64,000 nt of DNA from a virus: positions 14,368-78,367 of IMG/VR virus record IMGVR_UViG_3300028654_000015. The stretch is one strand, 5' to 3'. Of this stretch, positions 50,201 through 60,161 are shown piece by piece. The position numbers and the translations under genes were made by a program. The stretch's first letter is position 1. The number at the start of each line of letters is the position of its first letter. The notes under the pieces are model-generated. The model saw only the letters and a list, made by a program, of their open reading frames with translations. It searched no databases and was not told the origin of the DNA.

Positions 50201-51273
50201 AAATAGCAATAATAACTGATACTCATGCCGGTTGTAGAAATAATTCATTAGTATTTAATGATTATTTTTTGCGTTTCTATGAAGAAATATTTTTTCCTTA
50301 TCTAGAAAAAAACCAGGACATAGATACGATTATTCATATCGGTGATGTTTTTGATAATAGAAAACACATACAACTTAATATTCTTTCTAATTGGAGAGAA
50401 AAGATATTTGAGAGATTAGAGAAACTTCGAAAAAATGTACATATTATTGTAGGAAACCACGATGCACATTGGAAGAATTCTAATGAAGTAAATTCTCCAA
50501 AAGAATTACTCTCTCAATACAACTGGGAAGTATATGAACATCCTACTACTATAGACTTTGATAATCTTTCTATTTGTTTTCTTCCCTGGATCAACGAAAG
50601 TAATTACATTCAGTCTCTAAAAGAGATACAAGATACCAAAGCACAAGTTTGTATGGGACATCTTGCAATACAAGGGTTTGAGATGTTCGCTGGTCATGTA
50701 GCAGAAAGTGGTTTAGATAGAAGTATATTTGGTAAATTTGATTTAGTTTTTAGTGGTCATTTTCATCATAAATCTAATGAGCACAATATTCATTATTTGG
50801 GTTCACCATATCCTATGACATGGGGAGACTATGGCGATCCTAGAGGATTTCATATATTTGATACAGACACTAGAGAATTACAATTTATAGAAAATCCAAT
50901 TCAGATATTTCATAAAGTATATTATAATGATTCTGATAAATCATTTGAAAATATAACAGAAGAAGATTACTCACATTTGACAGGTATGTTTGTCAAGATT
51001 ATTGTACAGAAGAAAGAAAATCCATATTGGTATGATTTGTTTTTAGAAACTATACAGAAACATGATCCTGCTGATATTAGTATTGTAGATTCAACTTATG
51101 AAAATGATGTAGAATATTCAGATGAAACTGGTGAAACGAAAGATACTTTAACCTTTTTAACTGATTATGTTTCAGAATTGAAGTTAGATTCAGGTGAAGA
51201 AGAATTAAAGCAAACATTAAGAGATCTATATCTCGAAGCATTGGATACAAACGATCAGGTTCAGAATTCATGA
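50197..51273 (+). CDS. gp47: Recombination nuclease gp47 (Mre11/SbcD-like)
   Basis: TDTH.G, GDVFDNRK, GNHD, SGHFH. Confidence 0.95.
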   Translation: MKIAIITDTHAGCRNNSLVFNDYFLRFYEEIFFPYLEKNQDIDTIIHIGDVFDNRKHIQLNILSNWREKIFERLEKLRKNVHIIVGNHDAHWKNSNEVNSPKELLSQYNWEVYEHPTTIDFDNLSICFLPWINESNYIQSLKEIQDTKAQVCMGHLAIQGFEMFAGHVAESGLDRSIFGKFDLVFSGHFHHKSNEHNIHYLGSPYPMTWGDYGDPRGFHIFDTDTRELQFIENPIQIFHKVYYNDSDKSFENITEEDYSHLTGMFVKIIVQKKENPYWYDLFLETIQKHDPADISIVDSTYENDVEYSDETGETKDTLTFLTDYVSELKLDSGEEELKQTLRDLYLEALDTNDQVQNS

Positions 51274-52985
51274 TTTTATTTAAAAAATTAAGATATAAGA
51301 ATTTGTTATCTACTGGCAATTCATTTATAGAATTAGATCTTAATAAAAAGAATAATACTATAATTATTGGTGAATCTGGTAGTGGAAAGAGTTGTATTTT
51401 AGATGCTATATCTTTTGGTTTGTTTAATAAACCATTCCGTAATATTTCAAAACCACATCTTATCAATGCAATTAATGATAAACAATGTGTAGTAGAAGTA
51501 GAGTTTTCTATTGGTGAGAAAGAATATCTTATACGAAGGGGTATTAAACCAAATATTTTCGAGATTTATTGTGATGGTGACTTGGTAAATCAAGATGCAA
51601 ATTCTAGAGATTATCAACAATATCTAGAAAAGAATATATTAAAATTTAACTACAAAGCATTTACTCAAATAGTTGTATTAGGTGCAGCAGATTTTGTACC
51701 TTTTATGCAATTGAAACCAGCAGATAGAAGAAATATTATTGAAGGTCTTCTTGACATTGAAATATTTTCTGTTATGAATTTTATATTGAAACAGAAGATT
51801 TCGAATATGAAACAAGACATCTCAGATAATGAGATGAATTCTACTATAATAAAAGAAAAAATATCATCTCATAAAAAATATTTACTTTCTATTTCAAATA
51901 ATAAAGAAATGGAATTGCATGAAAATATTAAAAAAATCAAGGAGAATGAAGAACAAATTAGAATTCTAGAAGCAGAGAATATTAAACATGAATCTACTAT
52001 AGAAGATTTAAAAAGAAAGATTTCATTTAAATATGAAGTTCTTAATGATTTAGATAATGTTAAAACTATTAACAGAAAATTGAATGAAAGATATAAAAAA
52101 TTAGATAATGAAATAATTTTTTATACAAAAAATGATTCATGTCCAACTTGTAAACAAAATCTACAAGAGAAATTTAAGAATGATCAAATATCTTCAAAGA
52201 CTAAATTGAAAGAAGAAGTTGAAAGTGGTATTAAGCAATCTTGTGATAAATTAGATCAATTATCACTTAAATTGAATGATGCAAAAGAATTTGAAGATCA
52301 GATATCATTACTCACTAATACAGTAGTAGATAATCATAACAACATAAGTGTATATAAAAAATATATTAAAAAACTTGCTCAAGAATCTATTCAATTAAAA
52401 AATCAAATACAGAATGATTCAAATAAAGATCAAGAATTAGACGTGTTGGAAAATCAATTAAAAGAAATACAATCTGAAAAAGAACAACACATTAACAATA
52501 GAGCGATATATGATGTCGCAGCCATGATATTAAAAGATAATGGGGTGAAATCGAAGATTATTAAACAATATCTCCCATTAATCAATAAGTATACGAATAT
52601 GTTTCTACAGAAGATGAACTTTTTCGTTACTTTCCACATTGATGAGGAATTTAATGAACAAATTAAGTCTAGAGGAAGAGATCCATTCGTATATTTTAAT
52701 CTGTCAGAAGGCGAGCGTCAAAGATTAGATTTAGCACTTCTATTCACTTGGAGAATGATTGCAAAGTTAAAAAACTCAGTAAGTACCAATCTTTTGATCT
52801 TGGATGAAGTTATGGATTCATTTTTAGATCCCATTGCCACAGATAATGTGATATCATTAATTAAATCTGAATTGTTCCAAGATATGAATATTTTTGTAAT
52901 TAGCCATAAATTTGATATAGTAGATAAATTCGAAGATACTATACGTTTTGTCAAACAACGCAATTTTAGTAGGATAGAACAATGA
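51270..52985 (+). CDS. gp46: Recombination ATPase gp46 (Rad50/SbcC-like)
   Basis: GESGSGKS, CPTC zinc hook, LSEGE signature, LDEVMD, ISH. Confidence 0.95.
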   Translation: MILFKKLRYKNLLSTGNSFIELDLNKKNNTIIIGESGSGKSCILDAISFGLFNKPFRNISKPHLINAINDKQCVVEVEFSIGEKEYLIRRGIKPNIFEIYCDGDLVNQDANSRDYQQYLEKNILKFNYKAFTQIVVLGAADFVPFMQLKPADRRNIIEGLLDIEIFSVMNFILKQKISNMKQDISDNEMNSTIIKEKISSHKKYLLSISNNKEMELHENIKKIKENEEQIRILEAENIKHESTIEDLKRKISFKYEVLNDLDNVKTINRKLNERYKKLDNEIIFYTKNDSCPTCKQNLQEKFKNDQISSKTKLKEEVESGIKQSCDKLDQLSLKLNDAKEFEDQISLLTNTVVDNHNNISVYKKYIKKLAQESIQLKNQIQNDSNKDQELDVLENQLKEIQSEKEQHINNRAIYDVAAMILKDNGVKSKIIKQYLPLINKYTNMFLQKMNFFVTFHIDEEFNEQIKSRGRDPFVYFNLSEGERQRLDLALLFTWRMIAKLKNSVSTNLLILDEVMDSFLDPIATDNVISLIKSELFQDMNIFVISHKFDIVDKFEDTIRFVKQRNFSRIEQ

Positions 52986-53557
52986 TAAATGAACATAAGC
53001 AACCAAATAGTTTTATAGTTGTAAATGAATTCAACGACGAATCAGTTGAAGCATTTAAATCTGATTTTGATAGGCTTAGAAATCAAAATATGCCAGTGAT
53101 ACCAATCTATATTGATTCTTTTGGTGGGGAGGTCTATTCTTTATTTGCAATGATTGATATTATAGATTCTAGTCATGCAGAAGTTGCTACTATTTCAATT
53201 GGTAAAAGTATGAGTGCTGCAAGTGTACTACTAGCGTCTGGTACCCCAGGACTTAGATTTATAGGTAAACATAGTACAGTTATGATTCATGATGCTGCTA
53301 CTTTCTCTGGTGGTAAAGTAGAAGATATGAAAGTAGATGTGAATGAATTAGAAAGATTGAATGGTTTAATGTATGAGATTCTAGCAAAGAAGTGCGGACA
53401 TAGAAATAAAGATTATTTTAGAAAGATAATTCAAAAGAAAAAGCATACTAATTGGTATTTAACTGCTGAAGATACTCTAAATCATGGTTTAGTTGATCAT
53501 ATAGGATTGCCAGTCATAGATTCAGAATTTAGGATATTTCTTCCAAATAAGAAATAA
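52982..53557 (+). CDS. clpP: ClpP-like protease subunit
   Basis: IYIDSFGGEV, GKSMSAAS (Ser), MIHD (His), YLTAE...GLVD. Confidence 0.8.
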   Translation: MINEHKQPNSFIVVNEFNDESVEAFKSDFDRLRNQNMPVIPIYIDSFGGEVYSLFAMIDIIDSSHAEVATISIGKSMSAASVLLASGTPGLRFIGKHSTVMIHDAATFSGGKVEDMKVDVNELERLNGLMYEILAKKCGHRNKDYFRKIIQKKKHTNWYLTAEDTLNHGLVDHIGLPVIDSEFRIFLPNKK

Positions 53558-53560
53558 TAT

Positions 53561-55144
53561 ATGAAGTTCTTTTATGAACGAAATGATAAACTTCTAAACC
53601 ACGAAGTTAATAAAACATTTGAAGAAATTCTATGGATGTCTGAACAAGAATTTTCTCAATGGGTTATTGATATGCGAAAAGCAATTGTTTCTATTTGGGA
53701 CGAAGATGGTATTCCTCCCAAGATGGGAATAACCGAAGAAGAAATCATAGAAGAATTTAATAAATTAGAACCATTTGATACAGAACATCTATTGTGTATT
53801 GATGAACATACACAAGAAAGAAATATAATAAGAAATACGACCTATCTTGGTAATTGTGTAAATCAATGGTTTCCTACAATGCTTAAGACCAAGATTAATT
53901 ACACATCAGACGTTACTAAGGGTTTATCTATATACGATCATTTTAAAGAACCACATCTATTAGAAAAGATGACTACGTATGCTAGAAGACATTATAAAAG
54001 AGATTCGTTTTATCATTATTCTCAAGTAGTAGTTGCATTAGGTGATCCAGACAAGTTTTTATTTTCTTCTATTTCTGGTGTCGAATGGATTAAAAAATTT
54101 GAATCTAACAGAAAATCAATAGAATCTGAATATGATTATTGGTTATATCCAAAAGAACAAGGTTCTGAATATAGTGGTTATAATGAAGAAATAAAAGAAA
54201 GAAAATTTCTCACTATCTCTAAAGATCAGATGAATTCTTTGAACATACCAGAAAAATGTAAAACTAATGTTACATACAGAGAAACTGATGAATTCTTAAT
54301 AAGAGTTTATAAAAAAGGGCAGAAAATATTTCCTATAGGTTTACTTGCATTTAGAGTTTCTGTTTGCCAACATGCTGTTAATTTTCCTCCACTAACTGCA
54401 AAATTCATTTATGAAAGATGTACGAATCATTTAGTACAAGAGAATAGAAAGATTTTAGTATGGGACCCATCTGCTGGCTGGGGAGGCAGACTTCTTGGTG
54501 CAATGAGTGTAAAAGATGATAGAAGCATACATTATATAGGAACAGATCCAAATACAGATCATAATACCCCAAATGGTAGAACTAAGTATCATGAAATTGC
54601 AGATTTCTATAATACTAAAACTAAGAGAGGGTCTGAGGGTTCTTTGTCATTTTTAAATACACCAACCAACACATATGAAATATATCAATGTGGGTCTGAA
54701 GTAATCCAATATAATAAAGATTTTCAAAAGTACAAAGGCAAATTAGATTTAGTATTTACTAGCCCTCCATATTTTTCTAAAGAACTTTATAGTAATGATA
54801 AAGAACAGAGTGCAATTAAATTTTCAACATATAATGATTGGTTTTGCGGATTTTTAATACCTACACTAGAAACAGCAGTAGAATGGTTACGACCTGGTGG
54901 ACTGCTTGTATGGAACATAGCAGACGTAAAATTTGATGGTGAAATGTTACCATTAGAAGAAGATTCATATAAAATTATACAGAGATTACAATTAGAACAT
55001 ATAGATACATTAAAGATGGTATTAGCGAGAATGCCAGGTGGAAATAGAATAGATCCAGACACAGGTTTACCAATGGCTAAGAATTATTGTCAATTAAGTT
55101 CTGGTTTCTATAAAATAGAACCATGCTATATTTTTAGAAAATGA
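53561..55144 (+). CDS. DNA amino-methyltransferase (N6-A or N4-C)
   Basis: Motif I WDPSAGWGGR, motif IV FTSPPYF, LRPGG...WNI. Confidence 0.8.
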   Translation: MKFFYERNDKLLNHEVNKTFEEILWMSEQEFSQWVIDMRKAIVSIWDEDGIPPKMGITEEEIIEEFNKLEPFDTEHLLCIDEHTQERNIIRNTTYLGNCVNQWFPTMLKTKINYTSDVTKGLSIYDHFKEPHLLEKMTTYARRHYKRDSFYHYSQVVVALGDPDKFLFSSISGVEWIKKFESNRKSIESEYDYWLYPKEQGSEYSGYNEEIKERKFLTISKDQMNSLNIPEKCKTNVTYRETDEFLIRVYKKGQKIFPIGLLAFRVSVCQHAVNFPPLTAKFIYERCTNHLVQENRKILVWDPSAGWGGRLLGAMSVKDDRSIHYIGTDPNTDHNTPNGRTKYHEIADFYNTKTKRGSEGSLSFLNTPTNTYEIYQCGSEVIQYNKDFQKYKGKLDLVFTSPPYFSKELYSNDKEQSAIKFSTYNDWFCGFLIPTLETAVEWLRPGGLLVWNIADVKFDGEMLPLEEDSYKIIQRLQLEHIDTLKMVLARMPGGNRIDPDTGLPMAKNYCQLSSGFYKIEPCYIFRK

Positions 55145-55407
55145 GCATATTAGTCGATTCTATAGGTTGGGCCGCAACAATAACGCTAACAGCGTGTTCT
55201 TTGCCACAGTTATTTTTAACTTGGAATACGAAAAATATTGAAGGATTATCTATTGCTACTTTTTGGTGGTGGATAGTAGGTCTATTATTGATGTTAGTCT
55301 ATGTAGTTCTAACTACTAATGAAAGTGTTCTTTTATGGAATTATGCCCTAAATTCTGTACTATGTTCGTTGATTATTGTCGGGTATTATAGAGCAAAAAG
55401 AAAATAA
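55141..55407 (+). CDS. PQ-loop (SemiSWEET-like) three-helix membrane protein
   Basis: 88 aa, IGW.A...LPQL..TW.TK..EGLS, three hydrophobic segments, conserved Asn in helix 3. Confidence 0.75.
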   Translation: MSILVDSIGWAATITLTACSLPQLFLTWNTKNIEGLSIATFWWWIVGLLLMLVYVVLTTNESVLLWNYALNSVLCSLIIVGYYRAKRK

Positions 55408-55439
55408 TATCAATAACTTATATTTTTTCATAAGTTTAC

Positions 55440-55468
55440 TTGACACAAGATAATATTGGATATATTAT
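55440..55468 (+). promoter_or_regulatory. Sigma70-like promoter TTGACA-N17-TATTAT
   Basis: Perfect -35 and 17-bp spacer; ends 6 nt before ATG 55475. Confidence 0.75.
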
Positions 55469-55474
55469 CAAAGA

Positions 55475-57733
55475 ATGACAGATCAAACACCAAATCGCTC
55501 TATCCTTGAGAAAATAGAACAAGATAAGATCGATAATAAACGTAGAAAAGAAATTGCTATTAGAGAGGCCTCTGCAAAATTACTTGCTGTTGAAAATATA
55601 TATGTTAATCATGGGGATTTCCCAACTGCATGTTTCGATCTTAAAAATAGAGTATTGAATTTACCAGTTTGGAATAATAAAATTTCAGATGATCTTTATT
55701 TGATGTTAATGGCGCATGAAGTTGGCCATTCTATTTACACTCCGCAAGGGGATTGGATTAAAGAATGTAAAACTCCTGTAATGAAACATGTGGTTAATAT
55801 TGTAGAAGATGCTCGTATAGAAAAACTCATACAGCAGAAATATCCAGGTACAAGAAAATCCTTTAGTGTTGGATATAATCAATTGATTACTGATCATGAT
55901 CTCTTCACAGAACATTTTAATTTCAATGATCAAAAATCTTTGGAAGAAATTGAACTTTTAGATAAAATTAATTTGCATTTTAAAGTAGGAAAATACGGAA
56001 ATGTAAACATACCAATGAAAGTAGAAGAAAAACCTTGGATTCCAAAGGTTGATGGTTGTGTTACATTTGAAGATGTATTACGAGTTTCGAAAGAACTTTA
56101 TAAAGAATGGGCAGAAAAGAATCCTGAAAAAGCGGAAGAAGATAAAAAGCAAGGAGAACTAGAAGAACAGAGAATGAGAGAAGGTCAGGGTGAAGAAGGT
56201 CAGGAAAGTGATGAATCAATTTCTGGAAAAGCACGTAAATTGAATCAATATGCTTGTAAGTCCCAAGAACTTTTAGATAAGATCATGCAAAATTTAGTTG
56301 AGCACACACCAGGCAGTGTACCTACTACAATCCCACTACCAATAAAGGATAAAAGAACAGAATTTATAGTTGATTATAAAAAAGTACATCAAGAAATTCG
56401 AAATCATTATAATAAAATGAATAAGAAAGAATTACTTGATGCTGACTCTAGATTCCAAAAATTTAAAATTGCTACGAAAAATGTAGTCAATCAAATGGCC
56501 GCTATTTTTGAAATGAAAAAACGAGCAAAATTAGATGCAAAAACGAAAATTGCAAAAACTGGTATATTAAATCTTAATAGAATTCATGGTTATAGATATA
56601 ATGAAGATATTTTTAAGAAAATTACAACAGTACCAAATGGCAAAAGTCATGGTTTATTGATGTTTATTGATTTATCTGGTTCTATGAGTGATAATATTCA
56701 AGGAACATACGAACAAACTCTTAATTTAGTATTTTTTTGTAAAAAGGTAGGAATACCATTTGAAGTTTATGGTTTTTCTGATAATTATTATTCTGATTAT
56801 GAAGATCGAATGAATCAAAATACTTTTACGTCTGGTGACGTAGGAGATGTTGTATTTTCTTCAAATACAAAATTGAGAAATTATTTGAGTAGCAGAATGA
56901 ATGCTATGGAATTTAATGAAGCATGTGTTAATATGATGTGTATCATTAATTATTACCGCAGGGATGATAATGATCAGACACCTATGACTAATAAGTTCTA
57001 TCGTTCTTTGCCTAGACAAGAAAGTTTGGGTGGTACACCATTTAATTTTGCAATATTTGCTACTATTAATGTATGTCAACGATTTAAAAAGGAAAATGGA
57101 TTAGATATCGTAAATACGGTGTTTTTAACAGATGGTGCTGCAACTGATGATCGTCTATTCTTCGCAACAACAGATGATAAAAAGACTCATGCAATGAGTA
57201 CATGGGAAAGAAATCTGAAAACAAAAAATAATCTATCTGTATGTGCTGGTAATTATGGTAGAACTACTGTAATTTTGGATAAAGAATCCCGCAAACAATG
57301 GAAAATGGATCATGAATCTTATAAGAAACAGATCGAAAAGCAATTATATCCCCGTTCAGGTAATTATTTAACTGCAATGTTTTTGCTTGTATTAAGAGAA
57401 GTTTGTGATGTTAATGCTATTTGTTTTTATGTTACATCATATCATCAAGCAAAAAACATGATTAAGAATATATTGTCTCGTGAAAATGAATCTATCTGTG
57501 ATAAAGAATATAAAGAATTTAAAGAACATGGATTTTTTGCTACAAAAGAAGTAGATGGATTTTCCAATTATTATATGATTCCAGGTGGCGAATCTTTGTG
57601 TGTAGATGATACAGAATTTCAAACTGAGGAGAATGAAACCAAATCTAAAATAATTAAGAAGTACATGAAATCAATGGAAAATCTTACTATGAGTAGGGTT
57701 TTGCTCAATAAGTTTATAGAAAATATTTCTTAA
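55475..57733 (+). CDS. Metallopeptidase-like plus vWA domain protein (CobT-like partner)
   Basis: HEVGH...NIVEDARIE; MIDAS motif DLSGSM, GGTP, FLTDG. Confidence 0.85.
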   Translation: MTDQTPNRSILEKIEQDKIDNKRRKEIAIREASAKLLAVENIYVNHGDFPTACFDLKNRVLNLPVWNNKISDDLYLMLMAHEVGHSIYTPQGDWIKECKTPVMKHVVNIVEDARIEKLIQQKYPGTRKSFSVGYNQLITDHDLFTEHFNFNDQKSLEEIELLDKINLHFKVGKYGNVNIPMKVEEKPWIPKVDGCVTFEDVLRVSKELYKEWAEKNPEKAEEDKKQGELEEQRMREGQGEEGQESDESISGKARKLNQYACKSQELLDKIMQNLVEHTPGSVPTTIPLPIKDKRTEFIVDYKKVHQEIRNHYNKMNKKELLDADSRFQKFKIATKNVVNQMAAIFEMKKRAKLDAKTKIAKTGILNLNRIHGYRYNEDIFKKITTVPNGKSHGLLMFIDLSGSMSDNIQGTYEQTLNLVFFCKKVGIPFEVYGFSDNYYSDYEDRMNQNTFTSGDVGDVVFSSNTKLRNYLSSRMNAMEFNEACVNMMCIINYYRRDDNDQTPMTNKFYRSLPRQESLGGTPFNFAIFATINVCQRFKKENGLDIVNTVFLTDGAATDDRLFFATTDDKKTHAMSTWERNLKTKNNLSVCAGNYGRTTVILDKESRKQWKMDHESYKKQIEKQLYPRSGNYLTAMFLLVLREVCDVNAICFYVTSYHQAKNMIKNILSRENESICDKEYKEFKEHGFFATKEVDGFSNYYMIPGGESLCVDDTEFQTEENETKSKIIKKYMKSMENLTMSRVLLNKFIENIS

Positions 57734-57784
57734 TTTTTTGGAAAATAACTTGTAACTTAATTTTTATTATGGTATCCATATAAT

Positions 57785-58795
57785 ATGAAAAAGAAACACA
57801 CCCCTACCAAAGCATCTGATGCTATTATCAATATGTCTACTTCATTAGAAGATAGTCTAATACCAAGCAAGAATAATTTATTCATTGAATTTGGGCATTA
57901 TGATGATATTTCTAGAATTATTAATTCGAAGATTTTTTACCCAATTTTCATTACTGGATTGTCTGGTAATGGTAAAACTTTCATGGTTGAACAATCATGT
58001 GCAGAACAAAATCGTGAATTATTCAGAGTAAACATTACAATTGAAACTGATGAAGATGATCTTCTAGGTGGATTTAGATTAGTACAAGATTCTACGAAAT
58101 GGTTTGATGGTCCAGTAATTAGGGCAATGAAAACTGGAGGAATTCTACTACTAGACGAAGTAGATCTTGCTTCAACTAAGATTATGTGTTTACAACCAGT
58201 TTTGGAAGGAAAAGGTATCTTCTTAAAGAAGATCAATCAATATGTGAAACCTGCACCTGGATTCAATGTTGTTGCAACAGCAAATACAAAGGGTCAAGGA
58301 AATGAAACTGGTAAATTTGTAGGTACGAATCTTTTGAATGAAGCATTTCTGGAAAGATTTCCAATTACATTTGAACAAGAATATCCTCAAACGGATGTTG
58401 AAAAGAAGATATTACAAAAGATTTTTGCATCTGGTGGTTTGCGTCCAAAAGAAGAAAAAGATTTTATTAATTTATTGGTCTCTTGGGCAGGTACTAATAG
58501 ACAGAGTTTCATGAATGGTGCTGCCACAGAAGTAATTTCTACTAGACGATTGGTTCATATTGCTAATGCATATATTATTTTCAAGGAAAAGGAAAAAATT
58601 GAAGAAGGATTCAATGCAAAACATAAAGCATTGGATTTGTGTTTGTCTAGATTTGATAGTATTACAAAATCATCTCTAATTACTCTTTATAATTCTTTGG
58701 ATGCAAATATGAATAATCCAAATCCAAAGAAGGATGAAGCAGAACCACTAGCAGCAACAGTGGATGAGATTGAATCTTTGTTTGGTACTAATTAA
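57785..58795 (+). CDS. cobS: MoxR-type AAA+ ATPase (CobS-like)
   Basis: GLSGNGKT, LLLDEVD, ATANTKG, NEAFLERF, ISTRRLV. Confidence 0.85.
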   Translation: MKKKHTPTKASDAIINMSTSLEDSLIPSKNNLFIEFGHYDDISRIINSKIFYPIFITGLSGNGKTFMVEQSCAEQNRELFRVNITIETDEDDLLGGFRLVQDSTKWFDGPVIRAMKTGGILLLDEVDLASTKIMCLQPVLEGKGIFLKKINQYVKPAPGFNVVATANTKGQGNETGKFVGTNLLNEAFLERFPITFEQEYPQTDVEKKILQKIFASGGLRPKEEKDFINLLVSWAGTNRQSFMNGAATEVISTRRLVHIANAYIIFKEKEKIEEGFNAKHKALDLCLSRFDSITKSSLITLYNSLDANMNNPNPKKDEAEPLAATVDEIESLFGTN

Positions 58796-58798
58796 CTC

Positions 58799-58826
58799 TT
58801 GTTCTTTTATAAATTTGTGATATATT
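58799..58826 (+). promoter_or_regulatory. Sigma70-like promoter TTGTTC-N16-TATATT with extended -10
   Basis: TGnTATATT upstream of the small HTH gene. Confidence 0.45.
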
Positions 58827-58856
58827 AAGGTCACTTTATTTTAAGGTAATTATATT

Positions 58857-59108
58857 ATGACAACGATCCGAAGAAAGAATACTAAGTTCCAGCGATTGTT
58901 TAATCGCTTGCTAACTGGTAAAAATCTAACAAAGGCTGAAGCAAAAAAGAAGTTTGGAGTTCGTAGACTTGCTGCCAGAGTACATGAACTTCGGAATGAT
59001 GGATTTACAATTTATACTAATGAAGTAAAGGTTGGTAATAAGAGAGTTACTGCATATAGACTCGATACAAAGAGATTAAATCGTAGTAAACTTCCTAGAT
59101 TTGTTTAA
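58857..59108 (+). CDS. Small winged-HTH DNA-binding protein
   Basis: G..LT..EA...FG..RLAARVHELR..G..I pattern. Confidence 0.75.
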   Translation: MTTIRRKNTKFQRLFNRLLTGKNLTKAEAKKKFGVRRLAARVHELRNDGFTIYTNEVKVGNKRVTAYRLDTKRLNRSKLPRFV

Positions 59109-59138
59109 CTCCTTCTTGTTCTATGGTGTGTGCTTTAC

Positions 59139-59168
59139 GGAGCCAGGAAGCGGTACTTGGCTCCTTTT
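59139..59168 (+). terminator. Rho-independent terminator
   Basis: GGAGCCAGG-loop-CTTGGCTCC followed by TTTT. Confidence 0.7.
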
Positions 59169-59180
59169 ATATGGTGAAAA

Positions 59181-59858
59181 ATGAAACTTTCCACAAAAAC
59201 AATTAGTATCTTAAAGAGTTTTACAACAATTAATCAGGGATTACATTTTAAGAAAGGAAATATTCTTACTACAGTACATCCCCAAAAAGTTATTATGGGA
59301 CAAGCAATTATCGAGGATAATTTGCCCCAAGATTTTACAATCTATAATTTGAATAGTTTTTTGGGAGTGCTGAATCTATTAAAAGATCCAGAATTAGAAT
59401 TTAAACAAGATCGAGTTGTTATTAAAAATGGTAATGTTTCTGTTAATTATGGCTTTGCAGATCCTTCCAGTGTTAAAGAAGCACCAGATAAAGAAATTAA
59501 ACTTAAACCAGATGTTAAATTTGAAATTTCTGCTGAACAACTCGACTCTGTTCTTAGAGCATCAGCAGTTATGCAACTAAGCCATCTTAAGATTGAAGGT
59601 AATGGTTCAAAAATTAAACTAGTTGCTTTTGACCCAAAAGACCCATCAGCAAATAGTTATACAATCGATACTAAAGAAACTACAGATAAGAATTTCAGTT
59701 TTCTTTTTAAATTAGAAGATGTTCAAATTTTGCCTGGTTCATATGAAGTTGGTGTCACTATTACTCAAGCAAATGCGAAAGCAGGTCATTTCAAGTGCAA
59801 AGAATTACCAATTCAATATTGGGTTACGTTACAAAAAGATAGTGTATTGACTAATTAG
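59181..59858 (+). CDS. gp45: Sliding clamp gp45
   Basis: MKLS..TI.ILK.F..INQ, F.IYNLN.FL, LPG.Y.V, Y WV. Confidence 0.9.
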   Translation: MKLSTKTISILKSFTTINQGLHFKKGNILTTVHPQKVIMGQAIIEDNLPQDFTIYNLNSFLGVLNLLKDPELEFKQDRVVIKNGNVSVNYGFADPSSVKEAPDKEIKLKPDVKFEISAEQLDSVLRASAVMQLSHLKIEGNGSKIKLVAFDPKDPSANSYTIDTKETTDKNFSFLFKLEDVQILPGSYEVGVTITQANAKAGHFKCKELPIQYWVTLQKDSVLTN

Positions 59859-59865
59859 GAATAAT

Positions 59866-60159
59866 ATGGCAAAGAAAAAGGTAGAAGAACAGAAAGTAGA
59901 AGTTACAGAACCAGGTTTGACAAAATTTGAAAGAGAATATATATTTGTAGCACATCAAACCAAATATAATATCTATATTCTTGCAAAATCTTTAGTTCTT
60001 GCTTCTTTGGTAGAAGCAAATGCAAAGAAATTGTTGAATGGAAATTCTCTGAGTGAACTTGTTCAAAAAACTAATGAATTAATGGAAGAATTAGATCTAG
60101 AAGCAAAAGCAAGGAAAGAACTAGTAGAATCAAGTACACGCAAAACACCAGAAGAATAA
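59866..60159 (+). CDS. Hypothetical protein
   Basis: ORF with AGGA upstream, between g45 and g44. Confidence 0.55.
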   Translation: MAKKKVEEQKVEVTEPGLTKFEREYIFVAHQTKYNIYILAKSLVLASLVEANAKKLLNGNSLSELVQKTNELMEELDLEAKARKELVESSTRKTPEE

Positions 60160-60161
60160 TT

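Noticed and set aside
57750-57784. Sigma70 promoter before the AAA+ gene
   Set aside because: TTGTAA is present, but no well-formed -10 box lies at 16-18 bp spacing, and the TATAAT directly abuts the ATG
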